Assembly (NCBI GenBank): GCA_963514005.1
Contig: OY740787.1
Location: forward strand, 38,254,001-38,318,000
Source: Raja brachyura
Lineage: Eukaryota
Direction: 5' to 3'
Length of the DNA: 64,000 nt
Shown: piece by piece, positions 26,300 through 37,390 of the stretch
Layout: every line of letters starts with the position of its first letter
How positions within the stretch are numbered: the stretch's first letter is position 1
Program-made: the position numbers and the translations under genes
Notes under the pieces: model-generated
Seen by the model: only the letters and a program-made list of their open reading frames with translations
Told to the model about the DNA's origin: nothing
Database searches by the model: none

Positions 26300-27540
26300 A
26301 AGATTCTTCTGTAATAGGATAAAGTTTTTGTGCCCCTCCAACCGGACATGGTGGTCTCCTTCTCCCAACATATGGGTAACATTCGGCTGTGCTGGTTGGT
26401 AATATTTCCTTACCATACTCCTGCCTCGGCTTATTCCAGCTCCAAATCAAAATCCCCTTCTCGTTTGACCAGCCGTTCTTTGGCCAAAACGAAGGGTTTC
26501 ATGAGGTCAATAGTCTTTGCCTCTTTATCAATCTCTTTATTTATTTAAACAGATTTTCTCCGAACAAATAACCAGGAGCTTGAACATTGCTTGATCTGCA
26601 CAAACCTGCAAATCTTGGATGTAAAATAGGCCGAATGGAAATCTTCCTCATACAATTAATCTCAAATATTGAGTTGCAGAACAATGCCAACATATCCTTC
26701 TGAACCTTGGTCATTCCACAATCTTCCACTTGCCTTCCAAAAGCAGTAGTCCCAGCCGAAATCATATTTCCTGCGCCCGCATCATTGATGACATTGGCGC
26801 CAAATAGCCAAATTTACCGTAGGTACCTTCAGTGAGGTATAATAATTCTGCTGTATCAACCATAACAGCTTCTTGAAGCTGGTGAGTGACCAAATAATTT
26901 ATGTTGGCCGCCAGGTTTTCTTCCATGGCCTCACCACCTCCTCCAGGTATAGAAACTTTGTGCCACTTCAGACACAGCTGGAGCAATATTTTTGCATTGT
27001 GGTGGGTACTCATTACCGAAATCACCACCTTCAGGATCAGTCTCATGCAGCCCTGGTACTCCTGAGACTTTGCTCAAGGACTTTCTCCTGCCCAATCCCG
27101 GCCTCTGGAGTTTCAAATTCCCAATTCAAACTGGCACCAAATTCATGATATAGAACCCCCTCAGGGGCTGCCTGGGAATATTCTGGGTTTTTTAGACCCT
27201 TGGTTGATTTTTGTCTGGATCATTTTCCATTTGATCCATTCTAAGCCATAAGGCTTTTCTATCTGGAGGACTTTCATTATCAGATTCATCAGAAACCACG
27301 GGCCTCTCAGATTTTCTTTAACATTTTCTAGGCACTGGATTTTCCTCCGTGGCTTCTGCTTGTGGAGCAACCAAAGGCTCACTAACGGGTATTTCAACGG
27401 CCACCGGTATCGGAACCTGCTCCACAATAATCTGCTGTCCCCCCCCGGGACGCTCGTTTTACCCGCGATTTTTTTGGAGCTTTCTCCATTTTTATTTTTA
27501 AACTCCTCCTGGTCTTTTCCCACCAGCCTCACGGAGTTTG
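26300..27540 (-). pseudogene. DIRS gag-like ORF1 remnants
   Basis: Fragmented ORFs (27161-27532, 26762-27046, 26541-26765 ending ...RPILHPRFAGLC...LFGENL) lie upstream of RT within the element termini. Confidence 0.6.
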
Positions 27541-27997
27541 AAATGCCCTGGAAGTGAAAATAATTTACTTACCTGCGGGCCTGTTCCTTACCGCTGGTGG
27601 AGCTGCACTCTGCAGCTCTTCTACCGACAGCGTCGACGTAATGCCGATCAAGAGCCAGATGGGGCTTCTTCACGTAGTCATTCATGTGATTCTGAAGTAA
27701 AATTGGCCATCAATAGAATGGGCAGTCCATTTTACCTGTGACTGCATCAAAGTGCTGCCTAAGTATTTTTGGCTCTGAGGGGAAGAGTGTTCTCCCCAGT
27801 CTCCAACATAAAAGGATTTACAACCTTTCTCGAGCAGGTATTCCCAGCTATGACATTAAATGCCTCCGGGTTATCATCCTGTTGAAGGTAACAAGGGATT
27901 TTCTCCTAACTCCAAGGTCAGGATGAAACCCGGTTCGCTGGCACTGTGAAACAGCAGCTCTACCAGCTGCACCACGATACTATTATTAGTCACTTGC

Positions 27998-28221
27998 AGA
28001 AACAAAGAACTGCAGATGTTGGTTTATAATAAAGATGAACACAAAGTGCTGGAGTAACTCAGTGGATCAGGCAGCATCTCTGGAGATAAAGGATGAGTGA
28101 TGTTTCGGGTCAGGACCCTTCTTCACAAGAAGTGTCCTGTCCAGATACATTACCCATTTTTATTCTCTAGAGATGCTACCTGACCCGCTGAGTTACTCCA
28201 GCACTTTGTGTCTATCTTTAG
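27998..28221. mobile_element. Penelope-derived fold-back element (degenerate)
   Basis: Inverted arms taaagatgaacacaaagtgctggagtaactcag... / ...ctgagttactccagcactttgtgtctatcttta with centre gacccttcttca. Confidence 0.8.
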
Positions 28222-29184
28222 TTGTGCTTTCAAGTGTTTTGACAGTTACTTTGTGCCTCAGAAATGTGTTTAAGGCATTGAAAATGTCATGCTTGCAGAA
28301 CGTGGGGGGGCATAATTTTACATTTGAAATTTTACTTCAACGTGCATTGAGCATAACATTTTCTGCAGCTGATTCCCCTCTAAACAATACAGCTTGTGTA
28401 CACATATGACTGCGTCATCGCCTCTGGTTGCCTTTCACTTTCAAGGAGCTGACACAACATGAAGGAGCATTTCTCTTGCATAAATTAACGGGTCGAACAA
28501 TGAGACTACGTGCAGGCCGGAGCATGTGCTTGCTGCTCGGCCAACCTTGCTGAAGGAGCACGAGCACTGAATGAGTTATCCACCTGTGAAAGTAATATCA
28601 GGCTGTCAATGCAGCGACCTCCAGCCCATTGTCTTCACCCCTTGTGATCTCCTGCATGTAACACTGCAGCCTCTGTCTTATCCTGTCCATATTGTAATCC
28701 AGCTGTATGTTAATCACTGCGTCTTATCCTTTACGGAACTCACATTTGTCCATGTGATAATATTATTCCACTGTATAAACACCAGATTGATCCCATGAAA
28801 TTATGCCACAGCTCCTTATTTGACTCTTTCTCTCTCCTCATTCTGCCTGTTGGCTGCAGCCATAGGAAATTATTTCCTTCTTTCACTTGAATTACAATGC
28901 AATCGTCAAATTACGTCAGGTCAAGTTTATTGTCATACGCACCAATACATTGAGAACTCAAACTTTCCTCCTCTCACAACAAATAGTGTGAAGAAGAGTT
29001 ATGACCCAAAACGTCATCTGACCATTTGCCCCCATGAATCTTGCCTGACCTGTTGAGTTTATCCAGCACTTTTATTAAACACCTTATACATGTGGCTGTG
29101 GTGAAAGCGAAGAGACAAGGAGTGGGTGGAGGGCAGTGTGGGTGGTCAAAAGGATTGCTTGGCAAATCTTCATTTATATACTCC

Positions 29185-29915
29185 TTTCTCAGGATGTGAT
29201 CGTTGCTGGCAAGGACAGCATTTATTATACCTTGCCAGTTGTTCATGAGGAGGTTGGGACAATAGTGAACCATTCCCAGAGTAAAGAGTAGGAGAGAGTT
29301 CCAGGATTTAAACTCAACACTGAAAAAAGTGTTATGTGTCTTAAGTCAGGATGAAACTCGGATTGGAAGGGAACCTGAAGATGTTGGAGGCTCCGTGCAG
29401 TTTTTAGTTTTGGTGGAAGAGAAGGGGGATTGGGAAATGCTGTTAGAGAGGCTGGGGTGAATAACTACTGTACATTTTATAGATGGTGCTGCCATTGTGT
29501 GATAATGGTGGAGAAGACAATGTGCGGGTGAAGGGAGACGTTTCATCCTGCATGGTGTGAGCTCCTAGAGGGTTGATGGAGGCTCTCTCATCTCGGGAAG
29601 AGGAGAGAATTCAATCACGCTCCTAATTCGAGTCTTGTTGATGGTGGAAAGGCCTTTAGATGTCAACAGTAGAGTCAGCTGCTGCTGCAGGATGCCCTGC
29701 CTTTGTCCTGTTTATATAGCCACTGTATTTATATGAATGTGACACCCAATTGAGTTTCCACTCCATGCCGGCCACCAGACTGAGTAGGTTACTCTAAACA
29801 ATGAAATTGTAATTCTATTGAAAATCAGACCTGTTGTTGTAGATCGTCATTGCCTGCCACTCATGAGCTCATTCCTGACTGATATCCAGATCTTGCTGCA
29901 TACAAGTGTGGGCAA
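29185..29915 (-). mobile_element. Old CR1/L2-like LINE 3' remnant
   Basis: ggatgtgatcgttgctggcaaggacagcatttatt... is similar to 56770-56965; heavily decayed. Confidence 0.45.
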
Positions 29916-29922
29916 CTTAATT

Positions 29923-30235
29923 TTTAGTTTAGTTTAGAGATACAGCACCAAAACAGGCCCTTCCGCCCACCGAGTCCACGCCAACCAGTGATGCTCGCAC
30001 ACTTACACTATCCTACACACACTAGGGGCAATTTACAATTATACCATGCCAATTAGCCTACAAACGGGGTGGAAGATTGCAACCTTCACGTGGTCCGCCC
30101 TGTTTCGACTAATGCAATTAACTCGACGTGCAGAAACGGAAGATCAAATAGAACAAGTTGTCCAACAACTTAAGGCTGTGCACGCCACACGAAAGAAGAA
30201 GAAGAAGAAGCCTACAAACCAGTACATGTTTGGAA
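29923..30235 (-). mobile_element. HE1-like SINE 3' part, interrupted at 30066-30208
   Basis: tttagtttagagatacagc...gccaattagcctacaaac | cagtacatgtttgga. Confidence 0.8.
30066..30208 (+). mobile_element. Short retroposon with (GAA)n tail (possibly Ingi/Vingi-type 3' end)
   Basis: TSD AGCCTACAAAC at 30055-30065 and 30209-30219; ends gcacgccacacg-aaagaagaagaagaag. The family call is tentative. Confidence 0.65.
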
Positions 30236-32024
30236 AGCTGAAGAGTTGCAAACAGAATTGCACATGTGTCTTCATCCTCACTTTTTGAATTATTAAATGA
30301 GCGTGGAAACAGGCCCTTCAGCCCAAGTTGTCATTCAGGGCTTCATTTGCCTGCTTTTTACCAATATCTCTCTCAATCTGTGCTATCACTATATCTGTCC
30401 AAATATATTGCTTTGACTGTACAATTGTAAGAAAGTAATTGGTCAAGCAGCTGAAAATGGTTAGATGGAGGATATTGCTGAGTAACTTCTGCAATGATGT
30501 CCTGTGGCCGGGATACTTGACCTCCAACAACTATCTTTCAATCTGTGAGACTTACTCCAATTGCTGAAGTGTTTGTATTTAATGCCCATTGACATCAGTT
30601 TGATCAGGGCTCTTTGATGCTGCACTGGTTGATGTTGAGGGCAGATGCCTTCACCCCATCTGAAGCGGTGTCGTGTGTACAGTTCACAAGCAATCTGTGA
30701 TTGCAGCTACCTCCGATTTTTTTGCTATCAGGCACTGCCGTCACCGCCCCACAGCTGATAGGGCAATTGCTCACTCTGGCCATCAAAGAAATGTGAAAAG
30801 AAAACAAGGAAAATATGTGAAATCCTGGAGCAAAATCAACAAACACCTAACATATCAAGTAACCGCAATGTTAAACCTACAATTACTAATACAAATGTCA
30901 TTCACCCAAAGGGCCATGGGTTAACTTAATAGATTTTTATTTTGAGTATTGCCTGTAATTGTTCACACCCACAGAAGATGTTATCGATGTATTATATTTC
31001 TTTAGTGTAAGCTCCCCTTATGAGGCTTGATTGTGTCTTTCCACTGTTTAATCTTCCACAGACCACAGGCTGCCCTTCACCAGTGAGACTTCAGTAAGTA
31101 TTCAGGATGTGTGGGTGTGTTGAGATAAACTCACAGCTGCCGTATCTTCCCATCTTACTACTTCCAACAACTCCACTCCACATGTCTTCCAAACCTGCCC
31201 ATAGCAGCCCTGTCTATCGCCTGTACCACGTTCCTTAAACACAGACTCAAATCCCAACAGTCGGTGGTAAAATGACACTTCAGCTGTGAGCTCTGGTCTT
31301 CATTCAGGCTCGGGTTCTGTCTCTACCCTGGCACAGTCTTATTATTAATACATTTTTGCTCAATGTTTCTAAGTATTTTGGAAAAGCTGGGGGATGTTTT
31401 GTGCTGAATGACATTCCAAGAAAAGCAAATAGGCTAACATTAAAACCTATCATGATCCCAGGTTGTTCCAAACATTTTACAGCAAAATAAGTGGTCACTA
31501 TTGTGCTCATCAGACCTTAAAACTCACAGCCTGAAAACTGAGTTTTTGTCATGTTGGTGGAGGGATACACACTGGCCAGGAGATCTCTTTTCTCGTTCTC
31601 TCAAATACGATCAAACAAGATTGTCTATGAAATTGTAGAATGGCAGGGAATAATACTGGCATGTCTAATGCAAGCAAGGAACATTTCAGGTTGCATGAGA
31701 ATGAGATTGTAGATTCACAATAAAAATAGCTTTTGAAGACAGCTTTACTTTCATATTGTGTAGTTCACCTTTTGCCCACTTGAGGGCAAGATTACCCAGT
31801 GTTTAAAGATGTCTTCAGCCTGGTAATATAATCACAAAACTTTTTTTTCTCTACAATTTAAAATCTGAATTTTTTCTCTGAAGGAGATACAGTAACTTCA
31901 AGCAGGAATTTCTTGTTGACTTCAATACGATGTCCATGTTGGTTCAGCACAAGAATACCTTGTGGAAGAAAGCTTTGGTGAATGTTTGCGTTGGATCTTA
32001 TTGTGTGTTCTTTTTTAAGTGTAT

Positions 32025-33529
32025 CGCTGTGGGGGAGGGGGCGTGTGAGGGTGGGGGGGCTGTTTATGTGGGGGAGGGGTGTGTGGGGGTGGTTTGGGTG
32101 GGGGAGGTGGTGGTGTGGGCGGGGGGCGGAGTGGTGTGGGGGGGAGAGGGTGGTGTGGGCGGGGGATGGGGTGATGTGGGGGGGAGAGGGAGTGGCGTGT
32201 GGGGGGGACGGAGTGGCCTGTGGGGGGGAGGGAGTGTTGTGGGGGGGAAGGAGTGGCGCGTGGGGGTGATGGAGTGGCGTGGGGAGGAGTGGCATAGGGG
32301 GGGAAGGAGTGGCATGGGGGGGAAGGAGTGGCATGGGGGCGTGATGGAGCGGCGTGGGGGGAAGGAGTGGCATGTGGGGGTGATGGAGTGGCATGGGGGG
32401 GAAGGAGTGGCGTGGGGGGATGGAGTGGCGTGGGGGGAAGGAGTGGCGTGTGGGGGGAGGGAGTTCCATGTGGGGGTGATGGAGTGGCGTGGGGGGTGAT
32501 GGAGTGGTGTGGGGGGTGATGGGGTGGCGTGGGGGGTGATGGAGTGGCGTGGGGGGTGATGGAGTGGCGTGGGGGGGAAAGAGTGGCATGGGGGGGTGAT
32601 GGAGTGGCGTGGGGGGAGGGAGTTCCGTGTGGGGGGAGGGAGTTCTGTGTGAGGGGAGTGAGTTCCGTGTGGGGGGAGGGAGTGGCATGTGGGGGGAAGG
32701 AGTTCCGTGTGGGGGTAATGGAGTGGTGTGGGGGGGTGATGGAGTGGCGTGGGGGGTGATGGAGTGGCGTGGGGGGTGATGGAGTGGCGTGGGGGGTGAT
32801 GGAGTGGCGTGGGGGGTGATGGAGTGGCGTGGGGGGTGATGGAGTGGCGTGGGGGGGGATGGAGTGGCGTGGGGGGGGATGGAGTGGCGTGGGGGGGGAT
32901 GGAGTGGCGTGGGGGGGGATGGAGTGGCGTGGGGGGGATGGAGTGGCGTGGGGGGGGATGGAGTGGCGTGGGGGGGGATGGAGTGGCGTGGGGGGGGATG
33001 GAGTGGCGTGGGGGGTGATGGAGTGGCGTGGGGGGTGATGGAGTGGTGTGGGGGGAGGAATGGGGGTGGGGAAAAGAGGGAGTATGGGTGTGTGGGGGTG
33101 TGTGGGGTGGGGGGGGACCACTCAGCGGCCACCGGCATGGCACCACACTGCACCTCCCAATTCCACACAGCGGCTTTCCCGACTCCACACAGCAGATTTC
33201 CCGACTCCACTCTTGCGGACCCAATCAGCACGGCTTGCTTACTCAGCCCCGCCTCCGGGTCTTTATTCTCCAGCAGGTGCCGGAAGGGACATTACCTTCA
33301 TGGTGACAGACAGGCAAGAAGTCCAATCTCTGCTGATCTCATAACTTTTTAAACCTTCATAATTTTTCCCATATTCACTGATCGGAACAAATCTTGGTGG
33401 GTTGGACCAGAGAAGAACGGTGAGTAAGATGGCAAAATAATCCTAGTGATATAGGGTAGCATTTGTGTGCAAATTTAATTAAACGCAGACCAGAAGTGGT
33501 CAAGATGAGAGTTTTAGTAATAGTATAGA
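32025..33529 (-). mobile_element. Non-autonomous Helitron-like element (3' end not found)
   Basis: Minus strand begins A|TCTATACTATTACT at 33530/33529; 33240-33525 is homologous to 48195-48470, which belongs to an element ending in hairpin+CTAG. Confidence 0.65.
32028..33115. repeat. G-rich minisatellite, 20-bp unit GGGGGGTGATGGAGTGGCGT
   Basis: Near-perfect tandem units at 32720-33045, more degenerate toward the left. Confidence 0.95.
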
Positions 33530-33644
33530 TAGATGTCCCAGATAGAACAATGAAATTCTTGCTTGCTGCAGCACAACAGAATATATACACATAGTACACT
33601 GTAAATAATGTGATTATTGAGAGAAAGAGAAAAGAAGTTCATTA

Positions 33645-33750
33645 TGTATATAGTCACACACACACACACATATATATATATACATACACACATATATACA
33701 TATACACTATATACACACATTTATATATACACACACATACACACATATAC
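33645..33750. repeat. (CA/TA)n microsatellite
   Basis: Directly visible in the sequence. Confidence 0.95.
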
Positions 33751-33751
33751 A

Positions 33752-34395
33752 TCTATATTACTGAAAGCCTGATCTTGACCACTTCCTGTTGTTCTGTATA
33801 TTAATTTTAGAAAAAAACACTGCCACTTACGGCTGTGATTTTTGGCCATCTTAGAGTCCCCCTCCGCTGCGCAGGGCACGAGGATTTTTCCAATCGATTA
33901 AAATAAAAGAGTTATTAGTGATTAAAAAATGTTGAGATTCTCTCTCCTGAAGGCCACGCCCCTTCTGGAGGGACTATAAAACCCAGAAGTGATGAGTGCC
34001 TCAGTCAGTCACTGCCTGATGGGGGAGCGAGAGGGTCTGTCTGAGCTGTGAATAACACTGAACACATGTCTACATAACTGTGAGTGGTTTTATTGACCTG
34101 TCAGTGCCCTTAATGTGGTTTGAAAATATAGTTTGGAAATGCTAAAGCTGTGTTGCCTTTGGTTTGGAAAGCCTAAAGCTGTGTTTCCTTTGGTTTAAAA
34201 AGCCTAAAGCTGTGTTGCCTGTGGTTTGGAAATGCTAAAGCTGTGTTGCTTGTGGTTTGGAATTTATTCGTGTTTAAAACATTTTGAGATTCTCTCTCCT
34301 GTCAATCATGACATGAAGGCCATGCCCCTTCTGATGGGAGGAGGGAGGGACTGTAAAACGCAGAAGTGTGGGTGTGGCTCAGTCTCTGCAATGTC
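33752..34395 (+). mobile_element. Helitron-like 5' portion (second family) with internal 31-bp tandem repeats
   Basis: Begins A|TCTATATTACTGAAAGCCTGATCTTGACCACTTC, similar to the minus-strand start at 33529; about 4 copies of aaagctgtgttgcctttggtttggaaa at 34130-34265; no CTAG 3' end seen. Confidence 0.6.
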
Positions 34396-34529
34396 ACTGA
34401 TCACAGGGCATGGGGAATCCCCATACTTCATTGGTAACACCCAAAGCTGCCTCCTTTTTTGTCTCCCACCAATTGCTTGCCATCTGCACCTACCGAATGT
34501 GTTGTAAACCACAGAATACAATAATTGAA

Positions 34530-34665
34530 TCTGTGTAGGAATGAACTGCAAATGCTGGGTTACACCGAAGAGAGACACAAAATGTTGGAGTAAGCAGTCG
34601 GTCAGGCAGCATCCCTGGAGAAAAGGAGTAGGTGATGCTTTGGGTTGAGACCCTTCTACATTGAA
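34530..34665 (-). mobile_element. Penelope terminal fragment, single arm
   Basis: tgtgtaggaatgaactgcaaatgctgg...gacacaaaatgttggagtaa...gagacccttct. Confidence 0.7.
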
Positions 34666-35550
34666 TCTCGCAGTACATGAAGAAGTGAATGGAACCAGCA
34701 TTGTCTGTCAGATCTAAACTGCATTATCAAGGTCTTCTGCTGCACAATTCTCCCGTGTAATTATATATTTCCTTGACATCACCACTGAATGATTCTCAAG
34801 CCACTTCAGACTAATTGTTTTACCCCATTTTCCCACTTGGTTCTTTTGCCACTTACTTAAATTCTATGTATTCCATTAACATCTCTCATACTTATGATCA
34901 TCTCTCTTAAATCACCGGTCGACACAAAATACTGGAGTACTCAGCGGGACAGACCGCATCTCTGGAGACGTCTTGGGTCAAGATCTTTCTTCAAACTGAT
35001 GTCAAGGGAATGGACGGGACAGAGATAGAATGTAGTCGGAGATAGTCAGACAGGTGGAAGAACTGAGAAGGGGGATGGGATGGAGAGAGAGGGAAAGCAA
35101 GGGCTATTTGAAGTTAGAGAAGTCAATGTTCCTACCGCTGGGTTTTAAGCAACCCCAAAGGAAATACGAGGTGCTGTTCCTCCAATTTGTGTTGGGTCAG
35201 ATTGGGAATGGGAGGTGTCTTGGACATGGGTAGGGAGGGATTGGACCGGAGTTGAGGTATGTCTAAATTAATTTGATGGGACATGAACAAGCGGAAACAA
35301 TGGGTCTGCCAGGACAGTTGTGTTTGGGGATTTTGGGGAGAAGATAAAATCGGGCCGTGTGGGCCTGGGGAATGATAAGGTTGGAAGCTTTAGAGGGCAG
35401 AGAACCGGAAGTAGTTAAAATCAGAAATGGTGTGTGATATTAAGGTCTGGTACTGGGGCCATGGTCCAAGGATAAGTAGGAGGAGGTGTCAGAGTTGTCG
35501 CCTGGCCTCAGCCCGGTAGCTGTCGGTGGGTTTGATTATCAAGTCTTATC

Positions 35551-36264
35551 ACTCAGTCTTCCCGTGGATTTTGAAGCAACAGCAACAAAGAGAAGCAGGA
35601 GAAAGCACTGATTGGCTCTAGCCCAAGTGGGAGGAGAGTTCTCAGTGAGTCAGAGGGGGAGAGCAGTTAAAAAGGAGAGGCAAAGCACAGGCAGACTTCA
35701 CTCAGTCTTCCCGTGGATTTTGAAGCAACAGCAACAAAGAGAAGCAGGAGAAAGCACTGATTGGCTCTAGCCCAAGTGGGAGGAGAGTTCTCAGTGAGTC
35801 AGAGGGGGAGAGCAGTTAAAAAGGAGAGGCAAAGCACAGGCAGACTTCACTCAGTCTTCCCGTGGATTTTGAAGCAACAGCAACAAAGAGAAGCAGGAGA
35901 AAGCACTGATTGGCTCTAGCCCAAGTGGGAGGAGAGTTCTCAGTGAGTCAGAGGGGGAGAGCAGTTAAAAAGGAGAGGCAAAGCACAGGCAGACTTCACT
36001 CAGTCTTCCCGTGGATTTTGAAGCAACAGCAACAAAGAGAAGCAGGAGAAAGCACTGATTGGCTCTAGCCCAAGTGGGAGGAGAGTTCTCAGTGAGTCAG
36101 AGGGGGAGAGCAGTTAAAAAGGAGAGGCAAAGCACAGGCAGACTTCACTCAGTCTTCCCGTGGATTTTGAAGCAACAGCAACAAAGAGAAGCAGGAGAAA
36201 GCACTGATTGGCTCTAGCCCAAGTGGGAGGAGAGTTCTCAGTGAGTCAGAGGGGGAAAGCAGTT
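35551..36264 (+). repeat. 149-bp tandem monomers (~4.8 copies) forming the CR1 5' UTR
   Basis: Unit starts at 35551, 35700, 35849, 35998 and 36147; the full units look identical; each carries ATTGG (reverse CCAAT) and TGAGTCA. Confidence 0.95.
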
Positions 36265-36463
36265 CCTCAAAACTGAGGAATTTGGTTTGTAAATTAGGCA
36301 ATTGAACAGTCAATATAAGCAAGGCAGCTCTTGGGGAGAGGCAGTGAGGGAGTGGTCTTGTGAGGGAAGTGCCCTGTGAGTAAAGTGTGAGTCTTTGGCT
36401 CGAGAGTCTTCGGCGAGGAGGCTGCGCAAAATACTGGATAGGGCGAGACCGAGGCAAAAGAAG

Positions 36464-37390
36464 ATGTCAAGCAAGCTGATGCAGTGTGATGCTTGCAGTA
36501 TGTGGGAGGTCAAGGACACTGCTGGTGCCTCTGGATGCTACAAATGTGAGAAGTGCATCCAGGTACAGCTCCTGAAGGACCGTGTTGGGGAACTGGAGAA
36601 ACAAGTGGATGACCTCAGGTTCATTCGAGAAACTGAGTCGTTTCTCGACAAGTCCTTCAGTGAGATTGTTACACCCAAGGCACTAGAAGAGAGAAGGTGG
36701 GTGACGGTGAGAAAGGGAGGAAAACATGGGATGCAAAGGTCCCCGGGTGTTGTACCTCTTGTGAACAGGTTCACCCACGTGGAAGCTGCCGGGACAGAAG
36801 ACGGTATCCCACTGAGCGGCGGACTGGCTTGCCAAACAAAAAGGGCTGATGAGCCAAACCCACAGAGGCCAAAGTCGGGCAACGCCATTGTAGTTGGAGA
36901 CTCCATTGTGAGAGGTACGGACAGGGGTTTTTGCGGCAACAGACGGGATTCCAGGATGGTGTGCTGCCTTCCTGGTGCCAGGATCCAGGATGTTACGGAC
37001 AGAGTGCAGACAATCCTCAAGGGCGAAGGTGACCAGCCGGAAGTGGTCGTGCATGTTGGCACAAATGATGTTGGAAAGAAGGAGATTAATTTTTTGCAGC
37101 GGGACTTCAGAGAGCTCGGAAAAATGCTGAAAAGCAGGACTTCCAGGGTTGTTATCTCCGGTTTGCTTCCAGTTCCTCGTGCTGGCGAGAGCAGGAACAG
37201 GGTGATATGGGACCTGAATGTGTGGCTGAGGAACTGGTGCAGGGGGCAGGGATTTAGATTCTTAGATCACTGGGATTTTTTTTATAGTAAGGGGGAACTG
37301 TACAAAAGGGATGGATTGCATCTTAACAGGTGGGGGACCAGCATTCTGGCCGGCAGGTTTGCCACTGCTACACGGATGGTTTTAAACTGA
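36464..37390 (+). CDS. CR1 ORF1p: zinc finger/coiled coil plus SGNH (GDSL-like) esterase domain
   Basis: CDAC...CEKC followed by heptad LLKDRVGELEKQVDDL; GDSIVR, HVGTND and DGLHLN blocks; first ATG at 36464 (ORF track starts 36395). Confidence 0.93.
   Translation: MSSKLMQCDACSMWEVKDTAGASGCYKCEKCIQVQLLKDRVGELEKQVDDLRFIRETESFLDKSFSEIVTPKALEERRWVTVRKGGKHGMQRSPGVVPLVNRFTHVEAAGTEDGIPLSGGLACQTKRADEPNPQRPKSGNAIVVGDSIVRGTDRGFCGNRRDSRMVCCLPGARIQDVTDRVQTILKGEGDQPEVVVHVGTNDVGKKEINFLQRDFRELGKMLKSRTSRVVISGLLPVPRAGESRNRVIWDLNVWLRNWCRGQGFRFLDHWDFFYSKGELYKRDGLHLNRWGTSILAGRFATATRMVLN

Larger units (their letters stand above)
22845..27703 (-). mobile_element. DIRS1-type tyrosine-recombinase retrotransposon, full length, degenerate
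   Basis: Terminal inverted repeats plus internal complementary region (~23070-23182); gag-like, RT/RNase H, methyltransferase-like and YR remnants in the expected order. Confidence 0.93.

Noticed and set aside
31858-33352. Long Pro/His-rich and Gly/Trp-rich ORFs (up to 457 aa)
   Set aside because: Translations of the G-rich minisatellite; open in many frames only because the repeat lacks stop codons.
35551-36264. CRISPR-like array or stand-alone satellite
   Set aside because: Units are contiguous with no unique spacers, lie inside the CR1 TSD, and the context is eukaryotic with no cas genes.
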